From: Chrysomallon squamiferum
Lineage: Eukaryota; Animalia; Mollusca
Assembly: GCA_012295275.1 (NCBI GenBank)
Contig: CM022669.1
Location: 11,470,001 to 11,534,000, forward strand
Length of the DNA stretch: 64,000 nucleotides
Reading direction: 5' to 3'
Made by a program: the position numbers and the translations under genes. Positions 1-13,553 of the stretch are shown here, one piece after another. The first letter of the stretch is position 1, and each line of letters starts with the position of its first letter. Under the pieces are notes generated by a model that searched no databases, had not been told where the DNA came from, and was given only the letters and a program-made list of their open reading frames with translations.

Positions 1-23
1 CATTTCTTCTTCTTCTTCTTCTT

Positions 24-26
<3 letters not shown>

Positions 27-65
<39 letters not shown>

Positions 66-93
66 GTTTATATGTATATAAATTTAGAAAATT

Positions 94-124
<31 letters not shown>

Positions 125-783
125 TACACTTTATTCAGCTGTATTTGATTGATAATTCTTGTCGTTCTTATTTTATTTTTTTTTTTTTTTTTATTTTTTT
201 TTTTTATTCTTCGACTTCTTTTTCAATGGAAAATCGAGATTTTATTTCCGTAATTTTTTTTTATGGCATGTTAGAAAGTGAAAATGAGAGTAATGTTTAT
301 CTAACATTTAGTTTCTTCTACTGTTTTACTTCAGCGGGTTTTTTTTTTTTTTTTTTCGCCCAGTTTGAACTGTATTAGACAAGAAGTGAGAAAATCCAGC
401 TGTATACTTGTTTAGTTTGTCACTGTAGAGACAGAACATTGCACAGAACTCTCATAGCCTCAGATCTGAGTTTTATTAAGGCGAAGATGGGTGTAATATG
501 CTGTGATAGGTTCAATGCAACTGAAAAAACCCACAGAAAAACGTTTTTACGATTTAATCTAAATTAAATATTAAGATATAATACAGCGTTGAAAAAAAAT
601 TTAATTAAAAAAAGAAAGTGAAAAAAAATAATAATAAAAGAAGAAGAAGAAGAAGAAGAAGAAGAAAAGAAAAAAGAAAGAACAACGGCGAGAATTAACA
701 ATCGAATACAGCTGAATAAAGTCTATTTTTTAAAATAACCAATTTTCTACATTTTTATATATAAATCTCTTTATATATATAAA
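27..783. repeat. Diverged inverted repeat (arms ~27-170 and ~676-783)
   Basis: AAAATACACTTTATTCAGCTGTATTTGATTGATAATTCT (121-159) pairs with AGAATTAACAATCGAATACAGCTGAATAAAGTCTATTTT (691-729); 61-105 pairs with ~726-772. Confidence 0.8.
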
Positions 784-1724
784 TATTTAATTCACAAGAC
801 ATTTTTATCTTTAATAATAATAAAAATAATCAAATTAAAAAAATAGAAAAAAAAAAATTCTTTGACGAAAACGAGGCCATCTACGACAAATTAATCACAC
901 TAACACACAGATAACAATATTTTCCCCCCAGTAATTAAAACAAAGACCCACATGATATGACTAAAAGCTTGAACGACTTTGAATTACGCTGACGTTGTTT
1001 TCTCAAAGTAGATACCAGAAATATTAGTTTCCTTAAACACTTGACATTGCAGAAACTCGAGTGTTTAAAATCTCACGTTGATTTCATAATTACTGCGAAA
1101 AATGTCATGTCTCGTTAATCGATGTTGATTTTAAATCCAATTGCGACGGTCTTGGAAACAATTATTGTCATCGAGGTCGACACACAAATGAAACCATGGT
1201 TGAAATAGTTTTTGTTTTGGCACGTAGCATCTGTTTTTATTATTAATTGTGTGGATTTAAACAAGTAAAAAAAAAAAAAAAAAAAAGTATATAATAATAG
1301 TCGAAGCAGTTAACAACAAAAACAAACAAAGAAACAATATATATAAATAAAATAATAATAATATAAAATTACTGTTTATTATAGTAGTGGTAGTTGTTGT
1401 AGTATTTGCTGTAACAGTAGCAGCAGCAACAGTAGCAGCAGTAGTAGTTGTAGTAGCAGTAGTAGTAGTAGTAGTAGTAGCAGCAGCAGTAGTAGTAGCA
1501 GCAGCAATAGTAGTAGTAGTAGTAGTATTTTAGTATTTTAGTATTTTGGTTTAATAAATTAATTTAATTGCAAATTTTTGACGTCAAGACTTTATTTAGC
1601 CTGTTTTTATTTTTCAGTTTAATATATAATTTTGTATTTTGATTTTTTTAGCACTAGAAGGAGATCTGTAATTTAGCTTTTTATTTGATTCTGTCGTTTA
1701 ACGTTTTCGGTTATCGTATTCTGG

Positions 1725-2565
1725 AAAGATAATAACAGACCATGTTTACATCATTAGTCTAAAAAAAAACATCCTATGTATCATTAATTTGAAAAAAAAA
1801 AAAAATAGAAAAAAGAAGAACAGACCATATTTATATGGAAATAGCATAACGGGCTATATTTACATTATCGGTTTCAAAACAGAATAATAGTAAAGGAACC
1901 TCACCGTCAGATGATTGAAAATAGAATATTAATTCGTGATTACATGTTTCTGAAAATAAAAATAATAACATAAATTTTTTTTTTTTAAATTAAAAATTAT
2001 TATATGTACATCATCAGTTTCAAATTACCAGCATATTTTTGAAAATAAACTTACAGGCCACATTCACACCACAACTCTGAATAGAAATTACCAGCCATAT
2101 TGGAATTACAGCTTCATAGAGAAATAATGGGTTATATTCATATCATATTTTTCACTTCATAACATCGAAAATAAACTAAAACAGACAATATTTACAGAAT
2201 AACTTTGAACAGAAAACAACGGGTCTTTTTTAAAACTTATTTTTAAGAAGAAAATAAAGAGCATTGTTTACATTACAACAAATAACCGTCGATGTTTGCA
2301 TAGTATTTAAATAACCGACTATATTAAAAGAAAATATTTACATAATATTTATTTAATAAAAAAAAAAAATAAAAAAAAAAAACCCAGCTGATATTTACAT
2401 CATAACTTCGAACAGAAATAACTGTCTGTATTTACATAATTTGTTATTATTATTATTATCATTTTTATTAATAGACAAAAAACGAGCAATAACGACCAAT
2501 GTTTACACCTCGATTTTCAAAAATAAAATAATGTTTACACACTATCAGTTTCAGAATAAAACCGC
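1725..2565 (+). repeat. Old degenerate ~40-bp tandem repeat
   Basis: Recurrent AATAAC-n-ATATTTACATCAT-n-TTTC/TTCG-AA units, heavily eroded. Confidence 0.55.
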
Positions 2566-2909
2566 GAAAATTACCGCTGTAAAAAATTTCTACACAGACA
2601 ATAAGAAAACAAGCGAGTCGCATGTTTTACAGTGTCTGTTCGGCGAAAATTATGACTTAGTTCTTCCATTAAGTTTGATGTGCAACCACAAAATGATCAT
2701 CAGTCTGCATTCCATCTTTAATGTTCGGCTGGAGGTGGAAAATCGTAAACACCTGAACAGACCGTGATAAACATGTGGCGTGGTCGACTCGTTTCATCTT
2801 CGCCGTGATTACAAAACAGTTCACGAGAAATAACAACGAGAAATGATCGCAACCTGAAGTCACTAATAACCATCTTCATCTTTAGACATATCGTTTCGCG
2901 GCTGTTCAT

Positions 2910-3116
2910 TTCGTTATTATTATTGTTGTTGTTGTTGCTGCTGTTGTTGCTGTTGTTGTTCTTGTTGTTTTTGTTGTTGTTATTAAAACAACTGTTATAA
3001 TTATAATAATAATTATTATTATAGATATTATAATTATAATAATAATAATGATAATTATTGTTGTTGTTATTATTACTTCTGCAACTATTACTATTATTGT
3101 CATGTTATTATATTAC

Positions 3117-3152
<36 letters not shown>

Positions 3153-3256
3153 AACTATTATAATTATAATTGGAATAATGATAATTATTGTTATTGTTAT
3201 TATTATTACTATTTTTGTTGCTGTTACTATTATTATTACTTTTATTTCTACTATTA

Positions 3257-3303
<47 letters not shown>

Positions 3304-3310
3304 TATTTCT
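2910..3310. repeat. (TTG)n/(TTA)n microsatellite tract
   Basis: Directly visible; source of poly-I/Y/N ORFs. Confidence 0.95.
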
Positions 3311-3832
3311 TCCTTTCGCACTTTCTCTTTTTTCTAAGTAATACTGTTTTTTTATTATTTCTTTCTTTCTTTCGCACTCTCTCTCTCTCTCTCTTTTCTA
3401 AGTAATATTACTTTTTTTATTTCCACAATCTCCGAGATAAAAAAGAAACATAATAAGAGTCATGTTTCTCATTTATTAAATAAATGAACTGAAAATGAGA
3501 TTGTCCGGATGTAAGATATATTTTTTATTACACAGGCATCAGAGATTATTTGCAATAAAAAAATAAATTCATTTGAAATTACAAAGCTGGATTGGATGGT
3601 TAATTGATAACAGAGATAAGCTGATGAAGTAAAGGGCCATATTGAATTATTGGCTACGATTGTGGTTTTTTCAGAAGATCATAAAAGAAATGTTCTAGAA
3701 GTTATGACTACTAATTTATATCAGGTTATGATGTGGCGACTTTTTTATGTTTTGTGTTCACGATTTTGTTGTATCGCCAATAACATGATTATATATTTTT
3801 TTTTCTGTCAGTAACGATGGTGCATTTCCGAA

Positions 3833-3899
<67 letters not shown>

Positions 3900-4068
3900 T
3901 TTATCATTTATTTATTTATTTTATTTTATTTTATTTTATTTTATTTTACTTTATTTTACTTTACTTTATTTCATTTTATTTATTATTATTATTTATTTAT
4001 TATATATATATATTTTTTTAAAGTAATGATTGTATAATTTATAAAATTAAAAATGATATAACAGAACA

Positions 4069-4338
4069 TAGTGACGGAGCTAAATATTTGGGGCCCTAAA
4101 GATCGAGCAGTTATGGGGATGCCCTTCGCAAGCAGCAACAACAACGACGACCTTTGGGTAACACCAGTTATCTTCTTCTACGGCAATACCATGTTACGGG
4201 TTTTTAAAAATTTAGACACATATCAGGTTTTGATTAAAACTTTGAATAAATATGAACCAATATCGCTTCTGGGACCACTCTTCGATTAGGGGCCCGAAAG
4301 CTGCACGCTTCATTAGCTTCAGACCAGATCCGCCTCTG
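4069..4338. mobile_element. MITE-like non-autonomous DNA element, hAT-like
   Basis: Imperfect TIRs TAGTGACGGAGCT / AGATCCGCCTCTG, subterminal GGGGCCC motifs at both ends, and a degenerate 8-bp TSD (ACAGAACA 4061-4068 vs ATAGAATA 4339-4346). Confidence 0.65.
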
Positions 4339-4928
4339 ATAGAATATAAAAATATTATATTTCAGAAAATAAAATCATTATATTACGGAATATGATAGAC
4401 GTTATATTTCACTGTCTGCATTTATATTTAAACAACATGGATTCTACCTTATTGTCTTGGGTTTCCATTTATAGTTGACCAGGGTTGAAGCATGCTGTCT
4501 TGGCAAGCAAAACTGTACGTGTTAATTGCCTTTGGCGGCAGGTGGGCCAGGTAACAGGAAAATTAATGAGAAAACATCTCTTGCTCGTAGCATGAAAATA
4601 CTAAATGTAGTATTTATTTTCTCTCAGATAGCTGGTATAAAATAATGAAGTGAAAACAGCTTTCGTAATTATCATAGCGACTACCGAATTTGTTTTCAAG
4701 ATGCCGGCAACTTGAGGTAATATTTCTGCTTAGGAAGCACAACATGGTATAACAGTCGTTTAACCAACGCGGTTATTCTCGTAGTGTGATAAATGCTTAT
4801 CCAAACACATTTTATAACACAGTTAGACAGTGTTCCGAATGACTCTGTTTAAATAGTACAGTGTTCTGTAATGTTTTACATCACATGTTAACCGTTTACT
4901 ATGAGAACAATGTTTTTTTTTTATTTCT

Positions 4929-5035
<107 letters not shown>

Positions 5036-5101
5036 GTATTGTTTTGCTCACAACGGAGGATTTATTCCTTCTCAGACCAGCGCTCCAAATTATAGTCTAC
5101 T

Positions 5102-5144
<43 letters not shown>

Positions 5145-5851
5145 TTATTATAATTATTATTATTATTATTAATAATTAATTAATTTATTTATTTATTTAT
5201 TTAATTCTTTGGTTTATTTTTCAAAGAAGCAGTGAAAGAGAATGGTATTTTATGACGACGAACTTGTTAATTTGGATTAACACATAATCGAAGATTAAGC
5301 CTATAAACCTGTTTTGCTTCAGACATATGATAAAACCACTGAACTGATTTTGCTTCTCATACCAACAGAAGAATGTGCAGCTAATTTTTTTTTTTTTTTT
5401 TTTTTTTTTTGCACTAAAAAAATGAGAACAAGTTGCGGGTTCAGTTTCTATGACAATCGTATTTTTTTTTTTTTTTTTTTTTTTTTTGTTCCCTTTTTCA
5501 TTTGTCTTGTTTCTGACAGCTTTGAGAATATTCAAGCAGAGAAAATAAACCCAAACTGTACTGATATTGTGTTGTTTATCTTTGCTTTTTTCTTCTATTT
5601 TTTTCTCATCCTTTCTTCTTTTTTCCAAAAAAACAACACCAACAACAATTCTCTGATTTTTACTTTCCAGGAAGTACTAACAGTGTAAAATATTGCACGA
5701 CTTTTAGCAGTTTTTACACATAAAACAAGAATTTGGTTTGTTTTCCGTGTTTACATTTTTGTATTATGATTTATGAAGTTGGGGAAATGTATAATAATGT
5801 GTAATAAACCTTACTCACATGCTTAAAGAAAAAACAAAACAAAGATGTAAC

Positions 5852-6006
<155 letters not shown>

Positions 6007-6104
6007 ATTTAGTTGATTTATATTTAAATCGAATAAAGTGTTTTATTTTATGTTTCATCTGTGTTTACATGTTCAAAATATAATCCTTTCTCATAGTATT
6101 TCTC

Positions 6105-6189
6105 AGTACCAGGCCTGACACTTGAGTCTTTGGGGCATACAATCAAGGAGTTGTCCCCGGGCATCACCAGACTTCTCTGTACGCCATTG
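6105..6189 (-). mobile_element. Possible solo terminus of a DNA transposon/MITE
   Basis: Isolated GC-rich patch whose minus strand starts CAATGGCGTAC, resembling CAGTGGCG-type termini; no partner end found. Confidence 0.3.
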
Positions 6190-7188
6190 ACAGCACGTAC
6201 TACTGCTACTACAACAAAACAGCAATAATAACAACATTCTAGTAATAATGATGATGATGATGATAATAACGACGATGAAGATGATGATGATAACAATACC
6301 GGCAATATTTAAAATAATATGTCAGTAATATAAAACTAACTTGTGTTGATTTAGTAACTAAAAGAACAATTTCAAAAACAAAATGAAATAAGACGAAGGT
6401 ATGAAAAAAGAAAAGAGAGAGAAAAAAAGAAAGAAAACAATAAAGAAAAGATGTGTCATTATTTACAACAGTATCTAGATTCATACCCAAGTCAATCTCA
6501 TTTTCTTTGTCCTCATCTTCAAGCTCAATTTATATCACTGAGAATTTTTTTTCTGAAACTTTAAAAAGAAAAGTCAACATTTACTTTACTTGCGGTTGTT
6601 ATTTTTCAAAATATTTCCGAAGAGCGCAAACTGAAGAATGTGTTAAACTTTAATAATTAAAATCCTGCGAATGTGTATGCCTATTTGTGTGTGTGTCTTT
6701 GTGCGTGTTTGTGTGTGTTTTTATGTGATGGCTCTGTTTGCGTTTGAGTGTTATCTGTGTGCACACGTGTGCGTTGGTGCATGTTCATTTTCTGTTGTGC
6801 GAAAGTGTATTTGTACTTGTATATTTGTATTTGTCTCGGTGTATGCGTGTTTTAATAAAACATTTTGTATTTTATGGCAGTTTGATGAAATGCAGAATTG
6901 CAGGCTATTAAAATAAATAAATGAATGAGAATGAAATATGTGAACATTAAAACACCACTGTTAATCAGAATAATACGCGTGCGTGTATGTCTGTGCATGT
7001 GCGTGCGTGCTTGTTTATGTATGTTTGCTATTACCTTTCAGTACTGATGTATTTGATTTTCAAGATGTGCATCAGAATAGATTTTGCCCAGAAATACAGA
7101 ATCAAAAATAAAATAAAAACACAGAAAAAGAAATCAAACAACAGTAACAACAACAACAACAACAAAAATAAATAGCAATAATTATTAA

Positions 7189-7228
<40 letters not shown>

Positions 7229-7238
7229 TAATGACAAA

Positions 7239-7269
<31 letters not shown>

Positions 7270-7383
7270 ATATAAGGAACTGTGATAATATTTAGGCTGA
7301 TTAGGTAATACATTTTGAGGGCCTTGTTTTTTCAAAAAGAAATTAATAAATAACTATGGTTTTATAATAAATATACACACGCA

Positions 7384-7449
<66 letters not shown>

Positions 7450-8232
7450 AGCTATTGTTATATATTGTTAAAATAAGCAGGTATTCTTAAATTAAAATAA
7501 AATACAACACAGTCTAGAATGATTCCTTTTTCTTCTTAACCCTAAACTAAATCGTATAACTTCTTAAAATGTTCTAATACTTGTACAATATTAACACTTT
7601 GCAATACAGTCCCTATTACCATTATACAATGAAAACTTCCATTAACACCACGCTGATTTTATTCTATCTCACAAAGGCCTGCATTATGCATTATTTCTCA
7701 GCAGTGTCATGCTAGTACAGTAGTTTCTTCTAATGATATTATATTAGTATCACAGAGTTTACATTATTATGCTAAGACAACAACAAATATTATTATTTAC
7801 TGTATCAATTCTATTTCCCCACGTCTCAGCTTAGCAATTATTATGCTGTTATAACATTTACATTTCTTTTCCAAAATCCTCGGTTCGTTATAAAACATTT
7901 ACTCTTCATTCAGTATCTCAGGCATATATCCTTATAATAACATAAACTTCTTACTCCATGATATCTCAAGTCTATCTATCTATCTATCTATCTATCTAAA
8001 TCTATCTATCTACATATATATATGGAATAGATGTGTATATATATTAAATATGGAACCTGTATATATATTTCATTTTAATGACTCCAAATCTGTTTTAGTT
8101 TTTAAATTACATAACCTCAAATCTGTTTATATAGTTTTTAAATTACATATGTACTCCTTATTTCTCTAATATGTCAAGTCCATCTGTCTATCTGTCTGTC
8201 TGTCTGTCTGTCTATCTTCCTACCTACCTACC

Positions 8233-8328
<96 letters not shown>

Positions 8329-9784
8329 TTCTATCTATTCCATTACACACTTACTCCATATTTCTCTAATGTCTCAAGTAAACTTTACATCATTTCCTAA
8401 CACAATCTTTAACATTTTGCGCGGTTCTTAAATCAACATCCGTGCTAATGCAATCGGTAAACCTTGTAAGAAGGTCTTCAGTCTAAACGCAAGTAATTTC
8501 TTGCATTATGCACATTTTGAGGGCCTTGTTTTTGCAAACGAGAGATTAACAAATAATACTGCTGTTCTTAATTTTGCCAATACTCATAACTGAAACGAGT
8601 GAAGATTTCCCATCTGGTTGCAATCATTGTGGAATGTTTACAAATTCAACATGGTGCATGTTACGTGAACAGAGGAAATGGCATAATGAAGATTTTAAAG
8701 TCGTTCTTTTAGGGGTGGATGAAATATCTTTATCTTTTTTGATTCACATCAGTAAACATCTTAGGGTTGTTCTTCAGTTTCTTCTTTTATTATTATTTAC
8801 GTAATAGTAAATATATAAACATTTTACAAAACAATCTGGATTATTTATCAAATGCAGTTCAATCAAATGTTTGTTTCAGATACATGTATATATGTGCACA
8901 TAATCTGTGTGATTGATGGATATATATATATATATATATAGATTTATTTTTAAATAAAGCTGGGTTTATTTATTTATTTTTAATGGTTAACTTTAATATT
9001 TCATATGACTTTTTATGGATAAAAAAATATATATATAATAATAATTTAATTTTAAATAAAGCTGGGTTTTTTTATGTTTTTTATTTTTAATGGTTAACTT
9101 TAATATATGAAATTATTTTAAAATTTTACATATGTGATTACATGATATTATTTAAAAAAATAAAAATTTTAATTAACTGAAATTATTTTGTTATTTTCAA
9201 ACATTGTTTTAAGATTTCATACCTAATGTAACAAAAATATTTTAAAAATATGTCACCTTTTTCAGTAATGCTATGTTCATTTACTTCAACTTTATTTATA
9301 ATTAAGTATATTGGTTTTTTGTTTTGTTTTTTTAAATTATATGTTATTTTTTATATATATATATTTTTTTATTATTAATTTTTATTTATTTATTTTTTTT
9401 AAATTTATATATATATATATATATTTTAATTTATATTTATTTATAAAAACAGTTAAGTTTACTTTTGTTTGTTAAGTTAAATGCTTTAATTTGTATATAT
9501 TTATAACCATAACAACGCGTACCTATGTTTATTTACACTTATAATTTAGTACACTAAAACTTTAGTGTGTTTACATTTCAAAGCAGACACGCTGCTTGAG
9601 AAACGTCTGTCTAGTTAGACAGAAAACACTTCAAATGTTTGTTGCCGGCAAACTGAATGTTACCTATGTGAAAACCTCCAGAACAACAACACCTGAAAAA
9701 CAATACACAAAATTGCTGACCTGGTATTCAGCTCTGTACCAGAAGAAAAGAACCGAATCGCGAAAAACTGGAGGAGCAAGCATG

Positions 9785-10144
9785 CAGTTTGTACAGTAAG
9801 AATATACGTCATAAAGAAGAACAAGCTTACAACTTTTTCAATAATATACGTCATAAAGAAGAACAAGCTTACAACTTGTACAACAAAATATACGTCATAA
9901 AGAAGAACAAGCTTACAACTTTTTCAGTAATATACGTCATAAAGAAGAACAAACAAACTTGTACATAAAATATCATAAAGAAGAACAAAACAACTTGTAC
10001 AACAACAAAAAGAACAAGAACCTGCAGTTTGTACAATAAGAATATACGTCATAAAGATGATCAAACCTACAAGTTGTACAAAAAATATATACGTCATAAA
10101 GAAGAACAGTCTTACAACTTGTACAAGAAGAACAAAGTTACAAC

Positions 10145-10177
<33 letters not shown>

Positions 10178-10215
10178 GAACAAGCTGTCGGCTTGTACAA
10201 GAATATACGTCTACA
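9785..10215 (+). repeat. 42-44-bp minisatellite
   Basis: TACGTCATAAAGAAGAACAAGCTTACAACTT units at 9805, 9847, 9891, 9933, decaying to ~10210. Confidence 0.9.
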
Positions 10216-10589
10216 AGACTACTGCATCTACACGAGGAACAGGACTACATCTTGCACAAGACGAGTAAGTCTAAAAGAAGAACTAATGCACTTCGTGCCG
10301 ACCAAGAAGAGAAAAATTCCCGGTTCACCCCGGACTCAGGAATGTCTAGTATTTGAAAAAAGAAGCAGCCCAGCTTCCGGGCTGTTAATTGTTTCGCTGT
10401 TTTCATCGTTCCGTCTGTCAAAAAGATCAGCGTTTTCTTAGCAGTGCATAACCCACTGTTATAGATGGTGATGTGCCTGCTTTGCACCGGTGCATGTTTA
10501 CACTATTGACTTAAGTTTTTTTACTACCGGATTTTTTTCTTTTGTTATTTTTTGCTATATTTTTCTTCCTTAATTTCTGTATATATAAA

Positions 10590-10674
<85 letters not shown>

Positions 10675-10860
10675 TAAAATAATAATAATAAAATAAAAAA
10701 AAAAATAATAATAATAATAATTATAATAATAATAAATTTAATAATAAATAAATTAATAAATAAATATGAATAATATATACAAAACAATAAATAATAAAAA
10801 AAATAAATAAAATAAAAATAATAATAATAATAACAATAACAATAATAACAACAACAAAAC
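10590..10860. repeat. (AAT)n microsatellite tract
   Basis: Directly visible. Confidence 0.95.
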
Positions 10861-11223
10861 AACAACCAGACAGTAATAACATTAAATAACATTTAAAATA
10901 AAACAAAACTACAGATATGTCAAAGGTGCCTGAAATAACTATGTCAATGTCACTACACAAAATGCATTCATTCTGTATAAGCCATAATGCAATAACAATA
11001 AATAATAGTTTCCAACAACAAACACTTAAATACATTTGGGATTTTAAATTACTTTACATTGCCAGTCATTTTGTCTTTACTAATATGCCTTTAATTTGTT
11101 ACACACTTTGTGATAAATTAAAGTTGTTTCTCAGAGAACATAAATTTGGTTAAAAAATTGCATTAGGTGCTATAATCCTTTGTTTTTGAAATATCTAATT
11201 GTTTGACGAATTGTTATGGTTGT

Positions 11224-11280
<57 letters not shown>

Positions 11281-11885
11281 TAAAATGAAGTTAAAACACT
11301 AATGTAATATTTAATATTTTAAAAACATTTAATAATTAAAAATACACTGATAAACACACAGACAAGCATATATACACACAGACAAAAATATAGGAGACAT
11401 ACAAATACATACATCCATAAATATACAGACACGGATAGAACCAAATAAATGTACAGTCTGACTCACACATATATACCTATTATCATACAAATATACACGC
11501 ACACACACACACAAATTTACCATGCACAAAATATTTACCTCCACATATAGATTTTTTGTTCTTCTTCAACACTGATAAATTGCATAAATTTGTTCATTTC
11601 AAATCCCACACATACTTTCTGAAATAAGGAAGTAGAAGATTACAATCTCTGTGCTACAATTATACAAGATTTACGATTTTTCAGATATGTTAATACTGCA
11701 ACACAATACACAATAAATTACGCACATTGCTACTACACAAGCTGCGTATGAGGAGAATGTGAATCGCTTTCTTATTATAGTTGTGGTTAAACGGAAAAAA
11801 TTGGTATAATAAAAAAAACGCGCAGTTCTGATTAATGTTCACCTTTGTTTTCTATGTGTGTGTGTGTGAGCGCCCGCACGCGTGT

Positions 11886-11929
<44 letters not shown>

Positions 11930-13001
11930 TGTGATAGATAGATAGATAGATAGATGTAAATATATAAAATAAAGTCAATCATATACCAGAAATTTTTAGT
12001 TAAATATTATTATATGACAGTTTTAATATTTCATTCAGTTTTTAAGGGATTTAAATTAAATCAGTTTTATAATTTCGTTTATTTTTTCATAATTTAAAAT
12101 GTTCGTTTTTTTTTAAATGGGTTTTTATTTTAAATTAAAAGTTAAAATAACTGAATTAGTTTTTAATTTTTAAAAAAAGAAAATAAATAATAATAATATA
12201 TATATAATAATAACCCATTTAAATTAAGTTTATAAGATTTAACAGGTTTAATCTAGGGTTATTTTATATTGTTTTAAATTAATATTAGTTGAAAACATAT
12301 AAATTAAAGATACTCTAAAATATGGATACATTTATTTTAATGGAAAATTTTAAATTGCTGTCAATTTAAAAAGAAATTACCTGTTTTATATACTAAGAAT
12401 CCCACTGAAGTCATTCAAACATATGATACAAAATACTTCATTAAAAAAAAAACACTCCAAAACACAACCATTATACAATAGAGCAATACACTACATAAAG
12501 ATCACCAATCAGAGTACAACAGAGAAGAGTTCTGCAAGTGTTCACAACGTATCCAAACACAGAAGACGTTTTCTCCGACCACCCAGGTGTTTATTCTCAC
12601 CGTGTGTTAGATACTGGTTGCCCATGTGATCATCTTGTTAAGCACCCACCTGCTAGTAGCATACCAGCGTATATCACTTCACTTTTTTTTTTTCTTTTTC
12701 AAGATTCCGTAAATGTCAGATCCTGCCCCGCCGAATAGGGGCCATGTGAAGACGATATAAAAGCAATATTTTGAAATATTTGTACACAACGACTGTTTGT
12801 GTTTGAGATAATGAAGCCGTATAATAGTTTAGTGGGTAAAAAGTAACCAATCACAGCTTTTGAAAATGTATTAATGTACAAGAGACATATGGTTTTGTTC
12901 GGTGTTTTATTCAGCTTCTGCTTCTTTTTGTTATTGTTATTGTTATTGTTAATTTTTAATTGCTATTCTTGTTGTTGGTATCATTAATGTTGTTATTGTT
13001 A

Positions 13002-13066
<65 letters not shown>

Positions 13067-13234
13067 TTATATTTTATTTATTTACTTATTTATCTTTTGT
13101 CTCACCTATCATGTCATCATCTAAATGCACTACAGATCTTTAAAAGAGAAAAAAATTATGTCAAACTTGAATGTTTTAAAATATATTTTAATTTTAATGA
13201 AGAAGGAATGAAGAAGGAATCAGAACACACACAC

Positions 13235-13236
<2 letters not shown>

Positions 13237-13328
<92 letters not shown>
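13237..13328. repeat. (GA)n microsatellite
   Basis: Directly visible. Confidence 0.97.
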
Positions 13329-13330
<2 letters not shown>

Positions 13331-13427
13331 ACACGCATCAAAAAACATTCAAATTATTTCAGAACTTTCCATTCCTTTCTTCTTCTCAAATATTTTCAAA
13401 TATTTTCTTCGTCGTGTTTTCCTTTCC

Positions 13428-13553
13428 TTGTTCTTCTTCCTCATAATTTGTTTTCGCTTTTTCTTCTTCTTCTTCCTCATAATTCGTTTTCGCTTTTTCT
13501 TCTTCTTCTTCCTCATAATTCGTTTTCGCTTTTTCTTCTTCTTCTTCTTCTTC
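13428..13553 (+). repeat. 36-bp tandem repeat x3
   Basis: CCTCATAATT at 13439, 13475 and 13511. Confidence 0.9.
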
